A DNA stretch of 63,996 bases, counting the filler, from Catajapyx aquilonaris (lineage: Eukaryota), in NCBI GenBank assembly GCA_000934665.2. It is 3 parts of 3 records of this genome, joined end to end, with 100 filler letters (N's around TTAATTAATTAA, not from the genome) between each part and the next. Parts side by side here need not be neighbours in the genome. Positions count along the whole stretch, not along the records: positions 21,732 to 43,293 come from JYFJ02006021.1; positions 43,394 to 63,996 come from JYFJ02006225.1; 1 more part is not named here. One strand, written 5' to 3'. Numbering within the stretch: position 1 is the stretch's first letter; each line of letters begins with the position of its first letter. Positions 39,130 to 50,025 of the stretch are shown here, piece by piece. The translations under genes were made by a program, and so were the position numbers. Under the pieces are notes generated by a model that was not told the DNA's origin, did no database searches, and saw only the letters and a list, made by a program, of their open reading frames with translations.

Positions 39130-41560
39130 TTACATTATTAAGTGTCTGAGGCTAATGTAATATTGCTCATTTTCATAATCCAGCCAGGCGTCAACAGGAT
39201 GGTAGTCAGCAAGACTTTCTGGGTAAATGACAGACACTAATGTCTTAGGATTGGTTGGAATAATGTGATAGGAATTCAAATATGCATTGAGAGACAAGGT
39301 TTCCCATGAGTGCACCACAAAACACAGCTTGGTTTGATCCTGAATTATTATTTCTTCAAGTTTCGAAAACTGGGGCATTCCAGAGGGATGCTTGGTACCT
39401 CCCATGGTGAAAATAAAACTTCCAATCCTGTACTCTGCACCCATTATAGTAGCCTGCCTGGTAACAAATACTTTGTGGACATGGGGTTTGTCGGAGGACA
39501 AACCCCATGTCCACAAAGTGCTGGCAGGCTGCAGAAGTGCGTAATGGAATGACATTTCCAGAAGTACAGATCATATCTTTTCCAGAATATGTGTCCTTAT
39601 TGCTCCTCCAGTGTGCACATTGAAATAACTGATGACGCCAAGCAAAAGTTTTCGCCACATTTTTAAAATTACAAGTGATGTTGCCCACAGTCTTGAAAAA
39701 TTTGTGCTTAGCTTCATATCTCATGCACCAATACCTTTTCATGGGCCCAAATTTGTTCATGAAATCGGGATAGTGCATGAGGTGATGATGCTTATTGATG
39801 AGATTCGTGTCTGGAAAAAGTTCCCTCATCAGCACGTGATGTTCCAAAATTAATGCATGCAGATATGCCATGAGGCCAGAGGAAATAGTTGGAGCCAAAA
39901 TAATTTCACATATTTGCAACAACAGTGACAGTAAATGTACATGCTCACAATCAGGCACTTGATCGACTATTAAAAATGGCAATGAACGCAACAGAAGCCA
40001 ACACTGCATTGATGTCTGCTTTAAGGAATGATCTGACGATGCTTTTCGAATCATGGCAGTTGAGAAATTTGGTGAAGACTTGTTTTTCCTTTCCACGAAA
40101 CCGTACACAAATGACTTATTGCGATTGTTCAGGAAAAGTGTAGTGAAATATTTTTGCATGACTATGAATTCATGTAACAGAAGTTTTATTTCCATCGCAA
40201 CGATTCCCTCGAATAAGTCATGCATGTCACATGAAAGAACATGAGCTCGTTCAAAGCAGAATCATGTACTACCCCATATTTGGAGATCCTGGTAGGATTG
40301 ATTGAAATTTCTGCAAGTTGTTTCTCATGATTTGATCGACACCTTTGCTCAATACTTTCCAAGCGGAATACAGTTTGAATGTCATTCCTACATATCATGC
40401 AAGCACGGCACAGCATGTTCGCAGCAGGGCTTAAAAAGCCACCTAACAAATGGGCAGTCATTGTATCTGCCGAGACAGATCCAAGTGTCCCCCTAAAATG
40501 TAACGGTTCAGACTCATCATTGGCGTCACTTATGATGATTCCATCACTTTCTAGTGTCTTTAAATCATTCACCAGGGGAGCCAGAATGGCATTAACTCCA
40601 TATTTTTAAACATCTACATAACATAAGGTCACAAGGTGAATGTTTACGAGGGAGGCACTCAAATGCGGAGGAAGATTTTGTAGTTCCATGTACATTGCGC
40701 CCAGTTTGTGAATTGAAGTCTTGGACCCCAAAGGATTCACAACTTCAATATCATCATAGTACAACGGAATCGCTAACGCATTTTCACAAACAGTAAAGAG
40801 GCCATGCTGGTCATGGCTGGTGCCATCTTTGTATGATCGCATAAGCCATCACTTCTTTTCCCCTCAAGAACTGCTTTTCTAGCAGCTGAATTAGACAGTA
40901 TTAATTTCAGTACTTCAAGGAAAGTGTCATTAACTAGAGATGGCAAATGTATGCCCGAATTTACATCTAGCGTCTGTTGAACCCGCTGCCCCAGTACGAT
41001 CTTTCGTGGCTTAATCATAGCCATGTGTTCTGTAAAATAGTTATTTTGTTGCCATATAGTTTGTAAGTTGTTAAAGGGATTATCAACTTCTATGGCTGCT
41101 AATACATCTTGTTTGAAATCTTGGACACTCATAGAACTTCCTGAAGCAACATCTATTGCAGTAGCAACTCTGTCTTTAATAACACTCTGCATGCTTTGCA
41201 ACAGTAAGGAACATGAGGCAACGAAGCAATTCATGGAAGTATGTGTTAGTGACGCCTTTGCTTTCAGATCCAAAATTATTCTGGCCGCTGTATCTGTTAA
41301 ATCTACGGGTGGGTTTGATTCAACCAATGCCCCCGCGGAATCACTTGGACAATCAAAAGTGTCACCATCATCTGAACTGAATCTGAAGTCAGCGGCTGAA
41401 TTTTCAGCACCCGTTGTGACATTTCCACATGATACATTATCTGTTTCTTCAAGGAGCTCCTTGTGTGCTCTTCGTATGTGTCGAGTGAGAGTGAACATCC
41501 ATTTAAATGTCACCCTACATCCTTGCTGACCACAAATAAATGGTCTTTGAGAAAAACTTC
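39130..41560 (-). pseudogene. EnSpm/CACTA-type transposase with N-terminal C2H2 finger, multiple frameshifts
   Basis: Five ORF pieces carry CGQQGCRVTFKWMFTLTRHIRRAH, LYYDDIEVVNPLGSK..HKLGAMY..LQNLP, SADTMTAHLLGGF..CRAC, MHDLFEG and KHHHLMHYP..FGPMKRYWCMRYEAKHKFFK. Confidence 0.85.
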
Positions 41561-43077
41561 GTACGGCATGGATGTCTTAGGTGGGTTACTAATGCCGAGA
41601 CTTTTCCGGGCAAGCTTCTGTTACACACAAAACAAGTTAATGCCATAATTATAATATGGAGAGAAGTAATCAAACACTCATGGAGGTGGGGGGAAATCAG
41701 GGGATGACGTTCATTTAGGAAAAGGTACGGTTACATATAGATCTTGCTGTCAAATGTTTAGTGGTATGGAATATCTTGAAAAGAGAGAAAAAGCAAAACT
41801 GATATAACAGGTCATAACTTACACTAAGTTTTTAATTGTTATATGACTATACATGCACTATAACTAAAGGTAATTTGATTCCTGGGGAGGTCCTGGGGAG
41901 GCAGGGTGTTGGTAGAGGGGGAAAGCTAAGTCTCAATTTTTCACTGCCCCAGGGTCCGATATTAGTGACTCAATTTCGGCAGGATTCTCCTCAATTTATC
42001 CTCGATGGCATGGGGGTTATGACGACTAAATTATTGCAATGCATATAAGGTGCAGAAAAAGTGGTCTATATTGAAAAGGTTCGGCAGTAGAACCTGGTAA
42101 GCGACAACGAAAAGTTGGTCAGAATTATGTTAACCTTTTAAGCTTCATTGTTAGTTTGTTTGTCCCTTATAGAAATCCAGGGGAAGGCCCTTACACCGCC
42201 TTAAATTAGCATATCGGGGGTTACTTTTTCCAAGGAATCTAACGCCGCATGTTTCAGCTTCCGAAAATGTACCTAACTCCCACAACACGCATATTCTGCC
42301 TCAACAATTAGCTGACATCAATTCCAATTTGCATTCCCATGGAAATGCCTCTCTTTTTTTAGCTATTTACCTCCCTGCATCGTACCGCAGGGGGGGAACC
42401 TTTATTTCGTCTTGATGGAACCTTTTTGACGTAGCGCCCGGGCCCACGGGCAGGGTGACTGGGAGGGGATGTGCAAGGTGCAAGTGCAATTCTCAAACGG
42501 TATATTTTGTGAACTCCCCCGGGGTCTGAGGAGATTCCACCCGAAACGAAGCCAGAGACGACCCAACTCTGCACAGGATGAAGGAGGGAACTCCGGGCTG
42601 GGATCGAACCCGACGTTTCCGCAGCGTCACTTTGTCTCCCCTAGGAAATGCCCTTATGCCACAATACCTTGCAAATTAAACCATCTCCGTAAATTCAGCG
42701 CATCCACCAATTTACGCTAATTGGCCACCTCACGTGACTTCGTATCTTATGGTAATTCCGGGGTTTTGTGGGATTTGAAAGTAGACTTCCAGACAAAGTA
42801 AATGCAATTAAATAATACAGTGCTTGCAAAATATTACTCCGCGTTGAAAACAAAATTTCCCATCATACATCATTCTGTATGTATACATTTCTAAAGTTAT
42901 TCAGAGCAAACATATGGAACGAGGTGGGGGTGTGAAGTGGGGTTGGGGGGTCAAGGGGTCAAACATGCAGGGTCTTCCTATTACACATCCAATCAGAATA
43001 TCCGTGTCGACTGTACGCTATAAGACAAGCAGGTAATCTCTCAGATATGTACCCCTATCTTTACCAGACCCCAACAT

Positions 43078-43105
43078 ACCCGGGCAACGCCGGGTAACCT
43101 GCTAG
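43078..43105 (+). mobile_element. Helitron 3' end; 5' end not defined
   Basis: GC hairpin ACCCGGGCAACGCCGGGT, followed after a 6-nt spacer by CTAG|T. Confidence 0.7.
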
Positions 43106-43215
43106 TAATTATAATAAATTCTGTTGCTGTGCTTATTCAAATGTGACATTTTAATAATATTGTGTACACTTTTTTTTACGTTACCCCGTGCTAGGGCCAT
43201 AGGCCCTGGTGGTGT

Positions 43216-43293
43216 GGTTAGGTTAGGTTAGGTTAGGTTTAGTTTAGTGGTTGGTTAGGTTAGGTTAGGTTTAGTTTAGTGGTTGGTTAGGTT
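43216..43293 (+). repeat. Degenerate (TTAGG)n tract running into the contig end
   Basis: TTAGG units mixed with TTTAG and TTGG variants, in a higher-order repeat of ~33-38 bp. Confidence 0.85.
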
Positions 43294-43393
43294 NNNNNNN
43301 NNNNNNNNNNNNNNNNNNNNNNNNNNNNNNNNNNNNNTTAATTAATTAANNNNNNNNNNNNNNNNNNNNNNNNNNNNNNNNNNNNNNNNNNNN
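43294..43393. other. Artificial contig-joining linker
   Basis: N44-TTAATTAATTAA-N44, identical to the linker at 21632. Confidence 0.95.
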
Positions 43394-43967
43394 CAGGTTT
43401 TGGCGTATCGTGTTGTTGTTTACTTACTACGACGCGATACGCCATAACCTGGCAACAACTGCGCGCCATCTATCAACAAAACAGTCCGCTCCACTTGTGC
43501 CTCTCGCGTGACGCGTCTGAGCGCACCCGTTCCTCGTCTATGAACCCCCTCTAGATGGCGTTTCCGGACACGGTTTCCTATGTCAAAAATGTTTGTCTTG
43601 GTCCCCTCTATCACCCCTAGAAGTTTGTCGGTTGAATTCATTTACACCCTGTATGTCCATTGGGTTTTGTCCACTTCCAATAACCTAGTAAAATATCCCA
43701 AAAGGCCTCACATTCAGCCGTTTTCAAATTCTAGTGATTTGTCCCTCCCCAGGGTATCGCGCAATATGTCTGAAACATGATAATCCTGTTCAACTTTCAA
43801 ATAATAGTCAGAAGAAGCAATAATGGCCTCGAAGAAAGGCTTGGCGTCCACCACGATCTCACGACTTTGTACGGCGGAGTGGACAAGGCTTGGCTCCCAG
43901 ACACTATCTCACAGGGTTTTTCGGCGGAAGACTTGGCGCGTTTTTTACGAGTGCGTGTTTGAGGGGA

Positions 43968-44122
43968 TTCAGTATACTCGACTACATACCAGATTTAGGT
44001 ATCCCATCAGGCATTCTGAAAACTCGCACTGTAAAAGGTGGCAAAACAACACGTTTAATACCTAACCACAGACATAATTAAGAAACAATTTAAAATTAAT
44101 CAAACCTCTCCTGTTAATCCAT
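43968..44122 (-). pseudogene. Fragment of an OBP-like gene (exon 3 plus flanking intron)
   Basis: Exon 44028-43990 encodes CEFSECLMGYLNL with intact AG/GT. The flanks closely match 45307-45464. The upstream donor is mutated and the other exons are absent. Confidence 0.75.
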
Positions 44123-44893
44123 TATGATGTGTAGCATGAATTTTTAATGTTACCAAATTTGAATAATTTTTTTGTTAATTAGGATGACCACATTATTTAC
44201 TTTACGCGTCTTGCACCAAAAGTATTGTTATCAGATTGTTACATTTGGCAAATATCAAAAAACTGTTCTCCAAATTTTGCGGAAATCTCAAGTAAATATG
44301 ACCTTGATCATTTAAGTGCTATTCAAAAGAAATCGTAAGGGAAAATCATTAATCAATATCAATATCAAAATTATGGCAATATTTTGAGTATGACCATCTC
44401 ATGGAGCATAAAATATTAAAATTGCCTTTCTAATGCACATATAAAACATAAGATGCGACCTGATCTTCTCCCAGTTATGGTCCTCAACTGTTGAAGGCCA
44501 CCATTGGCTTATTCTATCCTTGAACCCTTTTTGCACGACTACATTGCACTTTGTGTGACATAAGCGTAATGGCATACATGAGTACAGCTGTGGTATTTTC
44601 CAGCAATATTCGAGATGGTCTAGTAACATTTCGGCCCACTTGATTTGAAGTAACCCCTAGTCAACTGTTCCAAACTTTGAAACGATAATTTTTTTTTTCA
44701 TTTTCACTTTATTTATTTTACCCCATTGGCAGAATCGGTGTTCCATTAGGGGGGGGGGTGGAATACCACCATTGGATGGGGCCAAGGATAGCATAGGGAA
44801 GGAAGGAAGCGGCTGTGGCCTATTTCAATGACAGTGACTAAAGAAAATTACATATCACGAACGTAGATGCCACATCATTATCCTTTGCAGTCC

Positions 44894-45672
44894 TCAGGAA
44901 TATTCGCTGCATTCCTGTAAGAGAAGATTGCATAATTATAGCCATTGCATGTTCATACTGGAATCACCCTTCTGATGATGTACCTCGTGATATTTCACCG
45001 TTGCACAAACTAGTGGTTGCACTAATATCTCGCAGCCGTCTCCTGATTCACCACCTGCTTTGATTTTAATCACTAGTTATTTTGTAAATGGTCTCATTAC
45101 ATGCAGTACAACAAGCAGATTGTGTAATACCCACTCACCACTTTCCTTGCAGTCATTAACGAGTCCAGCAAAATATTCTTTACTTTCCTCATATCCTTCG
45201 CCAAAGAGGAAGTCCGCCACCGCTTTAGGTTTTAAGGTCTCTTCCTCGTCAGTCTAGTGACAATAAACCAGAAGTTAGTCTCATACGTGATGTCAATTGC
45301 ACATTATTCAGTATACTGGATTCAACTGTACATACCAGGTTCAGGTATTCCATCAGGCATTGCGAAAACTCGCACTGTAAAAGTGGGCAGAACAACGCGT
45401 TATCTAACCACAGACATAATTAAGAAACAATTTAAAATTAATCAAACCTCTCCTGTTACTCCATCAGCTTCATTACAATGCTTTGTTGCTTCATTGAAAT
45501 TTTCCGCATTCTGACCAGACGGGGAATCTTCAGGGCGACGGCAATGGGCGGGCTAAATACACATTGGCATTAGTAATCAAGTTTATGTTAAAATATTTTC
45601 AAAAAATAATTTTCATACCTCGTCTTGGGCTGCTGCGAGGGCTGAGAGGAGAAGAATGGCTGCGAAGATCAT
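44894..45672 (-). CDS. Secreted Cys-rich odorant-binding-protein-like protein (copy B), 6 coding exons, 130 aa
   Basis: Exons are 45672-45619, 45552-45460, 45374-45336, 45253-45139, 45054-44984 and 44914-44894. All introns are GT-AG and 66-85 bp. Product: MIFAAILLLSALAAAQDEPAHCRRPEDSPSGQNAENFNEATKHCNEADGCEFSQCLMEYLNLTDEEETLKPKAVADFLFGEGYEESKEYFAGLVNDCKESGGESGDGCEILVQPLVCATVKYHEECSEYS. It has a signal peptide and C-X41-C-X10-C-X8-C spacing. The gene model is strong; the family call is by pattern only. Confidence 0.8.
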
Positions 45673-45891
45673 TGTTGCTTGGTTGTTCCAAACGGTGTGA
45701 AAGCTATACCTGCATTTTCCTGTAGTTAAATAACATTGATTATCTTTCGGTTTATGATTGCAACCCTTTCCTGTGAACTTGTGAAGTGACAGATTTGTCC
45801 AAATCGCTTCCTGTGGCCTGCTTCTGTTGATATCAGTTAATATTATTCACTGTACTGATTAATGAGAATTCTCTGTAGGCATATAATAATA

Positions 45892-46264
45892 CAAGTTGCG
45901 GCACCCGGCGCGGCGTTGCCCGGGAAGAACTGAATGAAGGGAAAACACCTGCCAGTAGCCCCGTCAAAATTTTCACGCACAGAGAGCTGCCATGACAGTT
46001 TTCCCAGCCGTTTTGGACTTGGCAAAAAGTGGACTTTTGCACGTGCCACCTTGTCCATCTGCTCCTGATTAAGCCGCCGGAGAACAATAGCTCCTCTCCG
46101 GCGCTCCCTCCTCCCACCTGCTCACAATCTACTCTAATCCCACCTCAGCTGCAACCCCTCCCGTCCTTCCCACCCGGACCGCAGATGGCAGGCAAATGAC
46201 GGTTGGCAGGCGGACAGACAGACAGAAAGACAGACAGACTCACAAACGGCTTTATTTATATAGA
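45892..46264 (-). mobile_element. Non-autonomous Helitron (373 bp)
   Basis: The minus strand reads A|TCTATATAAATAAAG, then (GTCT)n, then hairpin CCCGGGCAACGCCGCGCCGGGT, ending CTTG|T. It is inserted in an AT dinucleotide with no TSD. Confidence 0.75.
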
Positions 46265-46367
46265 TTAATATATTTAACTTTTATTTTATTTTTAGGCCAT
46301 GCAGTTATATGATGACTAATACAGAAAACCTAATTCGACAAGTGAGACAGATTCGCATCAGGATCTA

Positions 46368-48110
46368 TCAGGTGGATGGAACATGTTGAAAGACACACCA
46401 TTTTACTTCAAGTACAAAGGAAATGAAAGCAAATCCGGTACCGAAGAGAAGCAATTGAAAAGGAGCATTCAACTGTCCCAACTGGAATGACTGCCAGCTG
46501 CCATTGTCATCAAACGGCATCTTGAAATATATGAGGTTGCCCAGGTAGATCCTTATTGACAGAATGACTCGTGACATATGATCCAACAACCCAGAGTCAG
46601 CTGTTATGATCATAGCTCTGTTTACTGACTCATAAATGACCGAGTGTCGATTAACAATCACTCCTGCTATCAAACCAGGGAGGTCACTCTCCACAATGTG
46701 CAGGTCATACGGTAGGGGAAATACGCCTAGAGCCAAAATAGCATTCCAGTAACCAGCGTGGACTAAACAGGCAAATTTTTCTTTCATATCTATGGGCAAG
46801 CACTGTTTGAAAGCTTCATTAAAGGTGGGGTATATCTTAACTTCAGAGGCAATTTGTTTGTTAATTTCATTATCACCACTAATTATAGAAGAGAAGTATG
46901 TGTCTGGTATCATCAGAGATCCACATTCGAACTTCATATCTATTAAATCCTGGAGTGACTCCACGTTTTTTATGGGTTGGGTCACCAAATTTTGTAACAT
47001 ATATGATGAAAAGTAGATGGAGATGATAAGGCAGACATGATAGTAAATACAAAGAATAATCTGGACAGAAAGAGTTATCTTCTTCATGCCCGAACTTTGT
47101 CCCAGAAGTGGGGGCACAACATGGACAATAAATATTTCTATCCAGCTAACACGTTTTTGCTTAGTAAAGGATGCTCCAAAAATGACGGTTGTAATCATCG
47201 TAAGTGCAATAATTAAAATAAATGATGCGACCCAAGTAAATGGAGTGAGCAACAATACCCATGCGGTGTGAGCATTGTTTTTCTTCGTCACAATAAGAAT
47301 CTTGCTAATTTCATGAGGTTGAGCAAATCCGTAGCTCGTTTGACTTATAAGGTAAGAAAAGTGGTTTAAATAGTACTTATCTCCAACAGTAGGATACGTT
47401 TTTTCGTAATAATTTAAATAACTTATCAGAATCTTGTTAAAATATGGGTGAGTGTTGTAGATGCTAATATTTCGTCCATTGCAGTTGACAGTGTGTATCT
47501 CGCGAAAAAGTTTGACTACGGATGTTGCATTGTGTTTGATCGTCACAGAATAATCTCCATTGTTGCAGAAGTAGCAGGGAATGATTGATGTGAAGTAGAT
47601 ATTGCCATTTTGACGTCTCAACTGATCAATTCCAACTCGGTTTGGAACCAGCGCCATTTCTTCTGCAATAATTTCCTGAGTCAATCCCATTGTGAAGTGA
47701 TAGATATTGAAATTGTTCAAACCTCGGCTGTACATCGGCGGTTCGTTAATCAGTTCAAGATATAACAACTTTTGGTGTAATGATATTCCGCCGTTAATGA
47801 CCGTTAAAAAGCACTGGCCTGACATCTGTGTCGCTTCCGTATCATTTTGTATGATAGATGATATGACCAGTGGTGTCTTGACCATTCTTGTCAGATGAGA
47901 GAGTCCATTGTTCAACACTGGTCCATCGTGCAGGATGACTACTGAGCAGTTGACCAACCTTACGTCTGCTTCTTGCATCTTGGATACAACTTCAGCAAAC
48001 AAGATGTCTTCAGAGTCTTTATGCGACACCAGGGTGATGTTAGCACATGCAAATTCAGTTGACATCACCACTAAAAACAACGTTATCCTTAAAGGTACCG
48101 ATGCCATCAT
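46368..48110 (-). CDS. Divergent ionotropic receptor (variant iGluR) IR-1, intronless, 580 aa
   Basis: Signal peptide; LLTPFTW before M1; LLGQS pore loop; ISIYFSSYMLQNL (SYTANL-equivalent); VESLQDL; NRAMIITADSGLL; FQLGQLNAPFQLLLFG..FISFVLE last TM. Confidence 0.88.
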   Translation of the reverse strand: MMASVPLRITLFLVVMSTEFACANITLVSHKDSEDILFAEVVSKMQEADVRLVNCSVVILHDGPVLNNGLSHLTRMVKTPLVISSIIQNDTEATQMSGQCFLTVINGGISLHQKLLYLELINEPPMYSRGLNNFNIYHFTMGLTQEIIAEEMALVPNRVGIDQLRRQNGNIYFTSIIPCYFCNNGDYSVTIKHNATSVVKLFREIHTVNCNGRNISIYNTHPYFNKILISYLNYYEKTYPTVGDKYYLNHFSYLISQTSYGFAQPHEISKILIVTKKNNAHTAWVLLLTPFTWVASFILIIALTMITTVIFGASFTKQKRVSWIEIFIVHVVPPLLGQSSGMKKITLSVQIILCIYYHVCLIISIYFSSYMLQNLVTQPIKNVESLQDLIDMKFECGSLMIPDTYFSSIISGDNEINKQIASEVKIYPTFNEAFKQCLPIDMKEKFACLVHAGYWNAILALGVFPLPYDLHIVESDLPGLIAGVIVNRHSVIYESVNRAMIITADSGLLDHMSRVILSIRIYLGNLIYFKMPFDDNGSWQSFQLGQLNAPFQLLLFGTGFAFISFVLEVKWCVFQHVPST

Positions 48111-48415
48111 GATGTTTTTTTGCCAACTAACTGGTCACAAGTCCTCTGTGGAACTGCAAATCTTTTTTATGGAAAGAACTCCATCATCGATCTGTGTAAT
48201 GCCAATAGTTTCAAGAGTAGGGGCCTATAGCACTTAGAGTAATTCACTTTGCTCCGTTGCTGACCTGCTTAACAATTCCTGTGAGAGTCCTAGCAAATAA
48301 ACCCGTGTCAATCTTTTCAAAGTAATTTTCTATAGTGGTCCATTCATTTTATTGTCGCACTATTTACCTTTCCACCTTCCTTTGTACAGTACAATATAGG
48401 GACTGAATAGTTCTG

Positions 48416-48578
48416 GAGGCGTATACTCATCCCGGTCACTCGCAATCGACAAAGTCGATTGACGTCAAAATGACGTCGGCAATTCTCCTCGCCCTGACCT
48501 GGTCATCATTGGCGACGTCATTTTGATGTCAATCGACTTTGTCGATTGCGATGAGTGACCTGGATGAGTATACGCCTC
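48416..48578. mobile_element. Harbinger-type MITE (163 bp), CTG TSD
   Basis: CTG|GAGGCGTATACTCATCC...GGATGAGTATACGCCTC|CTG, with inverted arms of ~60 bp. Confidence 0.75.
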
Positions 48579-48734
48579 CTGGTCTGTACTGTGAATTAGT
48601 TGCACGTGAATAATTTCATACATTAGTTTATTATTTAAACAGTTAATTATTTTGAATTAAAGGAACTGCTCCAGTTACTTGGACGCGAGGAATGCTGAAT
48701 ATGCTTTTAAATACACACGATGTATTACACTTTG

Positions 48735-49559
48735 CTAATTGCTTACGGTAACAACTTCTATGTACAGTACTTCAAATGCAAAACATATACTGGCAAAACC
48801 AGCACCGACAAGAAGCAACTGCAAAGGCGCCTTCATGTGATCCAATTGGAACTTCCGAGGATTGTTCTCACTTTGGTCAAACACACTCATTTTACCAGAC
48901 ATGAACAGTTGAAGCTTTTGCATATGGGAATTAATCGCAAGCCTTCTTCGGAACATGAGGTCAAACAATAGGTATTTCAGGAAAAAGTTTGTCGATAGAT
49001 GTTACGTTGCTGATGGTTGTAACAGAATAGTTTCCTTCGTTGCAAAAGTAGCATGGAAATGATAGTCGGAAATAGGTCTTGCCATGTTCACGTCTCAGTT
49101 GATCTATTCCAATTCGGTTTGGGACTGACTCCAACTCTTGCTCGATTTTTGTCGGTGTCAATCCTCCATCAATGTGATACACAATGAAGTTCGTTAATCT
49201 TTCAGTCTCTAATGTCTCGTTAATCATCAACTCAAATCTGCCAGCATTAAGCATTGGCCTGACTGCAACAATGGTAAATTTTGCCATCCTATACCATCTT
49301 GCTTGTTTGACCGTATGACTGTAGGAGTTTTTATCATTTTTGGAAGATCTGACAGTCCATTGTTCAATACTGGTTCGTCGTGCAAGATGACCACTGAGCA
49401 GTTGACCAACCTTGCGTCTGCGTCCTGCATCTTGGATACAACTTCAGCAAACAAGTTGTCTTCCGAGTCTTCATGGAACACCATGCTGATGTTTGCATAG
49501 GCAAAGTCAGCCAATATCACCACTAAATACACGGATATACAGGAAGGTACCGATGCCAT
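48735..49559 (-). pseudogene. IR-2 pseudogene (frameshift plus large internal deletion)
   Basis: The N-terminus MASVPSCISVYLVV is paralogous to IR-1. A frameshift lies near 49285. The sequence runs to PCYFC..KLFPEIPIV and then jumps to the last TM (FQLDHMKAPLQLLL). Confidence 0.85.
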
Positions 49560-50025
49560 CTTGATGCTCCTGATGTAAAATGTATGTGTGTTGTCAGTTT
49601 CTGTGCGTCTAACTGGCCAAAGGTCCTTCAAGGAACTGTAAAGCTTTTTATCTTATAAAATAACCATATTGATCAGTAATGTCAATTCCTGGAAGAGTAT
49701 GAAGCAATATATTAGAGTAACTTACTTGTAGCAATCCATTTGATTGCTGCACTATTTACCTTTACACGCCTTTACGCTTCATGACATGCGTACACACCCA
49801 CCCAAACCCACAAAATAGCTATTTCATATTAACCAGAGTCAGTAGCGAAATGAAATGAATGGTTTGGTATGTAATCATTTCGTAATGTAAGGTTGGGTGG
49901 TATGAATTAAATTAATTGAAAATATTTAAATTTGATTTACTCGTATATTCATGAAACATGTTGGATTTTTCTACAATTTGTGTTGATACAGCTGGAACTA
50001 CATGTGAAAATCCGTCTTGAAATTA

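Larger units (their letters stand above)
35472..39130 (-). pseudogene. Spliced second gene of the EnSpm element: SAM-domain, SAMD3-like protein, frameshifted
   Basis: Exon 38514-38387 encodes EEVNGKGFLKLTSEDLKDLGLKMGRKKII (SAM signature). Later GT-AG exons encode YPTTLEKDALAIAIVSAFPKL, GFIEFRLKTMR, TITEILRIYPRLLD and QPYIIGVG..FLRSFDLLVKCHYIFDVTY. Frameshifts lie near 38170 and 35566, and the 5' end is inferred. Confidence 0.65.
35126..41640 (-). mobile_element. Decayed CACTA/EnSpm (CMC superfamily) element; only one terminus visible, other boundary approximate
   Basis: Terminus TA|CACTCGAAAAATTTTCGAGTG is followed by an array of GAGTG...CACTC subterminal mini-palindromes (35126-35365). The element contains a transposase plus a second spliced gene. 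No matching second TIR was found. Confidence 0.75.

Noticed and set aside
42594..42614. B-box-like GGTTCGATCC on the minus strand (tRNA or SINE)
   Set aside because: No convincing A box or cloverleaf.
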